This document shows, one piece after another, positions 19,668 to 26,780 of a DNA stretch of 39,017 nucleotides; the first letter of the stretch is position 1; every line of letters begins with the position of its first letter. The notes under the pieces are model-generated. The model was not told where the DNA came from. It did not search any database and saw only the letters and a program-made list of their open reading frames with translations. A program made the position numbers and the translations under genes. Source of the stretch: Candidatus Gottesmanbacteria bacterium RBG_16_52_11 (GTDB lineage: Bacteria; Patescibacteriota; Microgenomatia; UBA10105; UBA927); the NCBI GenBank assembly GCA_001779095.1, contig MFJD01000008.1, positions 1,873-40,889 of the forward strand, read 5' to 3'.

Positions 19668-20660
19668 ATGAAACAATTATTTACAGGTAAAAAGAAGCTG
19701 ATAACAATACCTCTTGCCATTCTTTTGGGCTTGGCGTTTCTCCCGTTTGCTATTGCTGTTTTGTTAGTTTGGTTAGTAAATAAAAAAGTAAGTAATAAAA
19801 AGACTCGTTACGCTTCATTCGCCACAATAGGTTTATTTACTTTGTTCTTTGGAAGCGCTTGGGTAGTGGCTATGTCTTCACCGAGCAAGCCTACTCAACA
19901 AAAAGAACAACCCACAGTACAAGTTGACCAAAACGTCTCACAGGCGACAAAACCGATAGAACCTGAAACCTCCCCTACAGTCTTCAAAGCACAAACAGCG
20001 CCGAACAATCCTAACCTGGCACTCGCAAAAGTCGTGGCTGTGATTGACGGAGACACAATAGATGTTGACTTGGGCGAGGGAAATGTAAAACGGGTGCGCT
20101 ACATTGGAGTTGATACTCCCGAGAGTGTTGACCCAAAACAACCGGTGCAGTGTTTCAGTAAGGAAGCGACAGCCAAGAACAAAGAGCTGGTTGAAAATGA
20201 AATTGTAGGGCTTGAGAAAGACGTATCTGAGACAGACCGATACGGTAGACTTCTGAGATACGTTTATATGGGCGATTTATTCATCAATCATGTCCTAGTA
20301 TCTGAGGGTTACGCCAGCGCCATTTCGTATCCTCCCGACGTAAAATACCAAGATAAACTACGAGAGGCAGAACAGCAAGCCAGAACATCTTACAAAGGAC
20401 TCTGGGGTTCGTGCAAAACTGCCACACCTATGCCCACAACTTCCACAAGTACAACAAACAACAATACCTCAACTGGAACTACTACGGGCAGCGGTGCATG
20501 TAAGTATTCATGTACGAGTCCTGATAGGGACTGTTCTGATTTTTCATCTCACGATGAAGCCCAGGCGTTTTTCAACTGCTGCGGATTTACGGCTCAGAAT
20601 GACCCGATGAAACTAGATGCAGTTGGTGTGGGTGATGGAATAGCTTGCGAAAATATCTAA
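19668..20660 (+). CDS. Membrane-anchored thermonuclease (SNase family) with C-terminal Excalibur-like Ca-binding domain
   Basis: VIDGDTI, VRYIGVDTPE, DRYGRLLRYVY, KGLWG; DRDCSDF..AQAFF..LD..GDGIACE; TGGTATAAT upstream. Confidence 0.92.
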   Translation: MKQLFTGKKKLITIPLAILLGLAFLPFAIAVLLVWLVNKKVSNKKTRYASFATIGLFTLFFGSAWVVAMSSPSKPTQQKEQPTVQVDQNVSQATKPIEPETSPTVFKAQTAPNNPNLALAKVVAVIDGDTIDVDLGEGNVKRVRYIGVDTPESVDPKQPVQCFSKEATAKNKELVENEIVGLEKDVSETDRYGRLLRYVYMGDLFINHVLVSEGYASAISYPPDVKYQDKLREAEQQARTSYKGLWGSCKTATPMPTTSTSTTNNNTSTGTTTGSGACKYSCTSPDRDCSDFSSHDEAQAFFNCCGFTAQNDPMKLDAVGVGDGIACENI

Positions 20661-20687
20661 GGAGCGACTGAATAATTTCTTATTACC

Positions 20688-23600
20688 CTAACCTTCTTCT
20701 TTTACTTCTAGAGCAATACCGGCATTCTCGTCCTTCAGCTCAAACTTCGTACGCTGAAATACTTTGAGGTGCACACGCTTCTGATATTCTCGATATACCC
20801 CCGCTTTGTCCTTTGTCTCTCCAGTTTGTTTATCTTTTAGAATGTCTGGGTTATCCCGTATCATCGTCTCAAACAGTGATTCCGTCATGGGCTCAATCGA
20901 AAACTTGAATTGTCCATCAGTCTTTTTATCCACTCTCAGTTGATGTATCCGTCCAAACTTCCTAATGTCTATCAAGATAACCTTTTCCTCATCTCCTGGC
21001 CCTGGTACTTGAAAAATAGGAACTCTCATAAATAGTCCATAAAATCCATGTAAGTCTGACTTTTCTGGCACTTGCCAACGCTGCGTGAATTTCTTGCTTC
21101 CATGTAGTTTTTCAGTAACCTTCCAACTACTTACCAAAATTGCATCGCAGTGATAGCCCAGAGTGCGTAATACTCTTATTCTCTCCTCAAGCTCCTCCTC
21201 TATATTTACCGAACTAATGTTTTGTTTTTGTTTTGTTTTTTTATAAATTTCATTGAAAAAATGGACATCATCGCTTTGTCCCATGGATGAGCCATAGTGG
21301 TCTCCGAATCCACCATAATCCTTGCTACTGTTGGCGATAAACAATTCCTTTAGTTCAAGCCTATTGTATCCTAAAGTACCGGTTTTTCTCCCTCTCAGTA
21401 CCACGTCGGTCTCATCCAGAAAAGCCTTTTTAGCCTCAAACAGTTTCCTTATGGTTACGTTTTTTGTCCAGGCTTTCATAAATTCTTCACGGAACTTTTC
21501 TATTGCCTCTTCTTCAAGTTCAGCATCTATGACATGCTGCTCTTCCTTTTCCTTTTGCGCCACTACACCTCTCTCGTGAGCTTGTATCAAAACATCACCT
21601 TTCACTAATTCATCGGTAGTTATGATGCCTTCAAACTTCCCTATGTTATCTTTTATTTTCTGTACCATCTTTTGCAGTTTTTCTTTGACGTAATTTAGAC
21701 CGCCTGAACTAAAGTATTCATCATCCTCCGGCGTAGGAAGTGCGACAAGATTCGCGTTGCCCGCAATTCCGATAGCTTTGATTCCAGCAATACAATAGAA
21801 CTCATCTAACCAACTGTCATCAATCCAGTGACCCTCTTCATCATCAAACTGGTCTGAGTCCCACCAGTGCCACCCATAGGTATCACCAAAGCTCCTTTTA
21901 TCAAGATGAAAGTACAACTCATAAATATCTTTGAATGAACCGAGTGCATAGAACTTGGGCAGGTTCTCAATTCCAAACCTCCCCTTTGTGCTCCCCGCAA
22001 GCCTGCGGCGTAATAGCCACGCTCCAAGGCCAAACTTGATGCCTTTCTTATGTTGCGCAATTAGCTTGTTTATTCCAGCTACCCGTTTTGCTATCGAAAG
22101 CTGTACTTCTAGTTGAGCCTTACGGTCATCATCCTTCTCATGCAGTAAATCAAACTCAATCATATCTACATCATGCCTAGTGCTCCTGAAATCACGAGTG
22201 AGATTCTTGAATAACTTCTCGAATCCACTCATAAACTCGTTGAACGCCTTTGTGTCCGAGTAATCAATCGAGCTTTTTATCAGATGTTGTAATACGAGAA
22301 GTATTTCGATTACATATCCAGCGACAAGTTCCTTGTCTTCATCTGATTCCATCAGATGGTTGAACTTTCGACCTAACTCATAGTCGCTGAACTCTTTTAG
22401 ATGTCGCCATACACGGTCAACGATGAGGCTGTCGTTTGTTTTGTAATGCTGTTTGTAAAAAAGATAGGCGTTGTAATATAGATATACCGCCTGTTTGAAT
22501 AACAAGTGGTCCCTATTACTCATCGAAAGCTTCATCATGCGAACAGGGAAATACAATACATCGGTTATCAAGTCTTTGTTTTGACTTTTTATGGCTTCTC
22601 CAATTACCTCCCTTAGGTTACTTTGAATAAGAACCATGGAACGTGTCTCAAGAAACGCTTCTCTTGAAGCTTTGAAGTCAAAACGTGCACCAATTTTCGC
22701 CAAGGAGCTATATATTATTTCTAAAGCGAGATAAAAGTTATCAAGACTCATCGAAAGGTTTGCTTTTACTCCCTTCGTTATAGCCGATACGGCCTGGTCT
22801 CGAATCAAGTCAAAAGTACTGCCCACATCCTCAGTTCTGGCAGATTCGGCCTCTCTCGTTTTGTAGAGTCTACGGATTCCTTTCTCTATGTCCTTGGAGT
22901 AGTCATCTTCGTGGAGCCTTGCCATAACATTGTCATCGGGCACAACCTCGTATCCAACTTGTTTGGTAATGACCAACTTCTGGCCCTTCCCGCTAATTGT
23001 CTTTTTGAGTCGTTTCACTACATTGGGTATTGCACCAATCTTTATATCTGAAACGAACAACTTCCTCTCGGTTGGTAATCTTATGGGGTAAAGCTCGTCT
23101 CTGAAATCTGAACCAAAACCGATATACCCTTCTTTTTCACCTGTATTCATAAGCAGGTTTCCAGCAATTCGGTGAAATATCTCTTCAACAATAGCCTTCT
23201 TGATGATTCCCTCCAGCGCTTTGTTTGTTGCCTGTATTATTTCACTTGGCTCAACAAGTCGGACAAGCCTCATAAGTAAATAAACAGTTGAGAAGATGGT
23301 GATGCAGAATATCCAAAGCGAGAGACCAGCAAGTAACACAGTCCAACTGTTGCCGTCTTTGTCAACAAACGTAGATATTCCTAACGGTATCAGCGCAACA
23401 AGGTTTACCAACAAGATTTCTTTGTACCGAAGTTTTCTAACGACAAACGAAAACGTTTTAGCGGCAATACTTTCTCCGCTGCGTAGAAGTTCAAAGATAA
23501 ATGTGATGCTAATGAAGGTTACTGCCACTACCGCCGCATCAATCTGCCAGAGAGTTTTCAAAAAAGATGAATCGCCGTGTATCTCGATGAAAGTCTTGAG

Positions 23601-23996
23601 ACTCGGAAAACTACCTATTCCTGACCTCCCCCACACAATTATCAGAAGTAGAGCAGACAAAACCCAGAAAATCATCCCTCCAAGGTTCGATGGGTTCAGC
23701 AAGTTAGCGATTCTCAATTCAAGCCGAGGTGCAATTACTGGCGCAAGCGTAAGGTACACTTGTGATGATAGCCACCGCAACTGATTCTTGAAGAAATAAT
23801 TTACACCACTCAACAATAAAATCCCTGCCACTATTATCAATGCAGTCTGAGGTAACACACTCGCGAATGAGAATATGTAAGCAAGAAGCAGTAGAGAAGC
23901 TACTAAGAAAAGACTCAAAACGAGGTAAAATCTATCTCTATGCTTTTCAAGAAACTGTAAAAACCTTGTGTTTGAAAATAAATAATACCAGCCCAT
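20688..23996 (-). CDS. 1102-aa protein: multi-TM N-terminus (DUF2254-like), helical middle, C-terminal domain of possible HK97 fold
   Basis: Long ORF; several TM helices in the first ~245 aa; domain calls are by eye. Confidence 0.8.
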   Translation of the reverse strand: MGWYYLFSNTRFLQFLEKHRDRFYLVLSLFLVASLLLLAYIFSFASVLPQTALIIVAGILLLSGVNYFFKNQLRWLSSQVYLTLAPVIAPRLELRIANLLNPSNLGGMIFWVLSALLLIIVWGRSGIGSFPSLKTFIEIHGDSSFLKTLWQIDAAVVAVTFISITFIFELLRSGESIAAKTFSFVVRKLRYKEILLVNLVALIPLGISTFVDKDGNSWTVLLAGLSLWIFCITIFSTVYLLMRLVRLVEPSEIIQATNKALEGIIKKAIVEEIFHRIAGNLLMNTGEKEGYIGFGSDFRDELYPIRLPTERKLFVSDIKIGAIPNVVKRLKKTISGKGQKLVITKQVGYEVVPDDNVMARLHEDDYSKDIEKGIRRLYKTREAESARTEDVGSTFDLIRDQAVSAITKGVKANLSMSLDNFYLALEIIYSSLAKIGARFDFKASREAFLETRSMVLIQSNLREVIGEAIKSQNKDLITDVLYFPVRMMKLSMSNRDHLLFKQAVYLYYNAYLFYKQHYKTNDSLIVDRVWRHLKEFSDYELGRKFNHLMESDEDKELVAGYVIEILLVLQHLIKSSIDYSDTKAFNEFMSGFEKLFKNLTRDFRSTRHDVDMIEFDLLHEKDDDRKAQLEVQLSIAKRVAGINKLIAQHKKGIKFGLGAWLLRRRLAGSTKGRFGIENLPKFYALGSFKDIYELYFHLDKRSFGDTYGWHWWDSDQFDDEEGHWIDDSWLDEFYCIAGIKAIGIAGNANLVALPTPEDDEYFSSGGLNYVKEKLQKMVQKIKDNIGKFEGIITTDELVKGDVLIQAHERGVVAQKEKEEQHVIDAELEEEAIEKFREEFMKAWTKNVTIRKLFEAKKAFLDETDVVLRGRKTGTLGYNRLELKELFIANSSKDYGGFGDHYGSSMGQSDDVHFFNEIYKKTKQKQNISSVNIEEELEERIRVLRTLGYHCDAILVSSWKVTEKLHGSKKFTQRWQVPEKSDLHGFYGLFMRVPIFQVPGPGDEEKVILIDIRKFGRIHQLRVDKKTDGQFKFSIEPMTESLFETMIRDNPDILKDKQTGETKDKAGVYREYQKRVHLKVFQRTKFELKDENAGIALEVKEEG

Positions 23997-24145
23997 GTGT
24001 TTCGTTCCGGTTTGTAGCTAATGGGCAGATTCAAGCTGCCCTAATTATACGACTTTTGGCTTGATAGTTCTACTTCATCGGGTAGATTTTGTGTTAATTT
24101 TGTAGTTCATTTTTATTTATCGTATAATCCACTTATAAGATAAAA

Positions 24146-24658
24146 GTGAAAAAGCAATTATTTATTTTTCTTTTGGTGGGACTTGTAATCGGCGGTGCAT
24201 CGGTTTATTTCTCCCTTCAATTCAAACCGATGCCCGTAAAAGAAACCGTTTACAACACAGGAATTGATAGAAAAGCCAACATTCAATTCTCTTGTTCACC
24301 ACTAATTGGTACTACACTTTTTCCTGAAACTCGACCAGGAGATGAGCAGTTTGATGTTGAAGCAAGCGCGGTAAGAGATTCTACGTCCATAGCGCTCGAG
24401 GTTGAAGGTGATACTCTGAAGTTTCTCACAAACACATCCGTTGAAACTGGAAGTATGGAGCCTGCTAAGTTCCAGATTATTGAAAACACAGACAAGAGGC
24501 TTACGGCTCTTGGTCTAACCGAGGGAACTACTGACCGAACCATAAACGCCCTGGTTGTTGATAAGAAAACTGGATTAGGTGTATGGTCGAAAACATCAAC
24601 AACGAGTCTCATCCCAGACGTTCCTAACAGCCAAGCGTATTACTACTCCTGCAACTAG
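24146..24658 (+). CDS. Secreted/membrane-anchored hypothetical protein
   Basis: GTG start, N-terminal TM, two Cys, beta-rich; TATAAT upstream. Confidence 0.75.
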   Translation: MKKQLFIFLLVGLVIGGASVYFSLQFKPMPVKETVYNTGIDRKANIQFSCSPLIGTTLFPETRPGDEQFDVEASAVRDSTSIALEVEGDTLKFLTNTSVETGSMEPAKFQIIENTDKRLTALGLTEGTTDRTINALVVDKKTGLGVWSKTSTTSLIPDVPNSQAYYYSCN

Positions 24659-24825
24659 CAGACTCCTAAGTTCGAGTACCTCAACTAGAAGTAATAATTT
24701 TCACTGCGGACTCTTTCGAGGTCTTATACCCTTTGGGATTCTGAAAAACTGGGTGGGTGGGCCCTATTTCTGACGTTCTCGTGCCTCTGGAAGTTGATAT
24801 ACTAAGATAGGACAAAACACACTAT

Positions 24826-25308
24826 ATGGAAAAACCTAAATTTTCAATTACACACAAAGACGAGGAAATGCTGGAGCTTGTAAAAGATAGTCAACATAAA
24901 ACGTTAGCCATCTGGGCTATTGACTGTGCTGAGAGAGTATTACCATATTTCGAAGAACAATATCCAGAAGACCAACGTCCTCGAAAAGCCATCGAGGCAT
25001 TGCATGAGTGGATAAAATCAGGTATGTTCAGCATGGCTGTTATCCGCAAGGCATCACTTGACTCCCATACTGCTGCTAAGGAAATTGGAAACGATAATCC
25101 AGCTAGTTCCGCTGCCCATGCTGCTGGCCAAACAGTGGCAACTGCACATGTTCCCCGACATGCTTATGGCTCTGCTGTCTATGCCCAACAGGCTATCTTT
25201 AGGGCCACTGACTTGTCCAAAGCCAATTCTGCCGTCACTAAGGAACGAGACTGGCAATACCAACACCTGCTTGAGCTAGGTAGGAATGCTCTAAAACCAA
25301 AACAGTAA
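24826..25308 (+). CDS. Imm5-like putative immunity protein
   Basis: LAIWAIDCAERVLPYFE..PEDQRPRKAIE..AAHAAGQTVATAHV..HA..ERDWQ. Confidence 0.85.
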   Translation: MEKPKFSITHKDEEMLELVKDSQHKTLAIWAIDCAERVLPYFEEQYPEDQRPRKAIEALHEWIKSGMFSMAVIRKASLDSHTAAKEIGNDNPASSAAHAAGQTVATAHVPRHAYGSAVYAQQAIFRATDLSKANSAVTKERDWQYQHLLELGRNALKPKQ

Positions 25309-25312
25309 GCAT

Positions 25313-25423
25313 TTACACGGTAGCATAGGTGTATTGTGGTTGTAGGTCAAACCGCTTGAGGGTATAATAGACACGTTCGAAGTAAGCCAGTAATGAGTTC
25401 CAGTTCTGACTCAACTGGCTCAC
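25313..25423 (-). other. Orphan 3' end of the integrase gene (attP-form C-terminus) at putative attR
   Basis: From the core GTGAGCC the frame reads VSQLSQNWNSLLAYFERVYYTLKRFDLQPQYTYATV-stop, ending 4 nt from the convergent Imm5-like stop. Confidence 0.65.
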
Positions 25424-25446
25424 AAGTAAGTACTTCAGACCGGGTA

Positions 25447-25484
25447 CAACGGCAGATCCGGCGCAGCCGGAATTTTTTAAGCTA
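25447..25484 (+). pseudogene. Second degenerate tRNA-Lys remnant with palindromic hairpin
   Basis: caacggcaga + tccggc-gca-gccgga + (att)ttttaagcta; same tRNA flanks as 14736-14772. Confidence 0.8.
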
Positions 25485-25666
25485 CTTTTAAGTAAACGCA
25501 AGAACATCGTCCTCCTCAATTAATTACGAAGCTTATTCTCCTGTGTTAAATACACGAATAGAGATAAAAATTCAAAGTTAATGAATTTACTATCAATTCA
25601 TAAAATCTTCAAAAGGAATAACTAATAAATACTGCTCTAATCAAACGATTAAGATATAATAATATT

Positions 25667-26305
25667 ATGACAAAACCAAGGAATAAGATTAAATTCATCT
25701 ATCTTGACGTAGGTGGTGTCTCAATATTGGATTTTTCCGGCACTGATCGCTGGGTACGAATGTTAGAGTCTATGGGCGTGACAAGTGATATTTATCCAGA
25801 ATTTATGAATATCTGGAATAGCCATCATAGTGAGATCAATACCATATATGACGTTGAGCTTATGATTAATGAATTTCGTGAAATCGGATTAAATTTACCC
25901 GACGATTACTGCTTTAATGACGAATTTGTTAAGCGCTTTACACCAAATGAAAGTATTACAAAACCAATAAATAAAGCTATAGAATATGGCATAAGTGTTG
26001 GACTACTTACGAATATGTATCAGAGAATGTTCAAAAAAATATCTGATGCAAATTTATTACCCCGAATAAACTTTTATCCAATTATTGATTCAAGCTTACT
26101 TGGTGTAGCAAAACCTGATATAAAAATATATGAAATTGCATTGAAGGAAATAAGTTATAAACCTCAAAATGTATTATTTGTAGATAATTCCATACCCAAT
26201 ATAAAAACTGCACAACTACTGGGATGGCAAACTTACCTTTATAATCCCAGAAATCCGATTAAATCATCAAATGAATTATTAGATATTATAAATATATCAA
26301 GATAA
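25667..26305 (+). CDS. HAD-IA family hydrolase (YihX-like), very AT-rich
   Basis: LDVGGV motif I, LLTN, AKPD, LFVDNS. Confidence 0.9.
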   Translation: MTKPRNKIKFIYLDVGGVSILDFSGTDRWVRMLESMGVTSDIYPEFMNIWNSHHSEINTIYDVELMINEFREIGLNLPDDYCFNDEFVKRFTPNESITKPINKAIEYGISVGLLTNMYQRMFKKISDANLLPRINFYPIIDSSLLGVAKPDIKIYEIALKEISYKPQNVLFVDNSIPNIKTAQLLGWQTYLYNPRNPIKSSNELLDIINISR

Positions 26306-26780
26306 TAAATCATACCGTCTAGTACATCAGAATCTATTCTTCACGAAACAGTATATCCACAAAAATAAACCAAATCTAAATCTTCATTAGATGTTGGAAT
26401 CGGATTTGGCAAACGTGCTTTTTAAATACTTGAATTTTTTTAATGGTTCGCTCACTGATTCCGTTATTTTATCAACTGACCGCTTTGCTATTTTTGTTAA
26501 ATATGTTGACGCATACTATTTTGAGTATATTCAGCATTTCTGTTTAGCATACCGTAATTAATAGTCCCGTAAAACGCAAAATATTCACTTAGATTTCGCA
26601 AATAACTGTAGAAATTACGTACATTTAGGAAAATTGAAGACAGTAATACCTGATTCCGGAGAATGATAGGTATTCTTATACCTTGTCAACGGGAGTCAAG
26701 TATATTATTTTATACTTGGAGCGTAATTTATTTCCGATATTTATTTAGTTTATTCTAAAATCACTGCTGCAATTATTTTA

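Larger units (their letters stand above)
15088..25423. mobile_element. Serine-recombinase integrative element (~10.3 kb) at the tRNA-Lys 3' end
   Basis: GGCTCAC core at 15088-15094 and 25417-25423; recombinase, replication and XRE genes; visibly lower GC and CCGG-poor relative to the flanks; right boundary is inferred. Confidence 0.8.

Noticed and set aside
15088-25423. Intact prophage
   Set aside because: No terminase, portal, tail or lysis genes recognised.
25424-25519. 5' part of the 68-aa ORF 25313-25519 as an independent gene
   Set aside because: It is antisense to the tRNA remnant and lies outside the putative attR; only the part from the core onward is interpreted.
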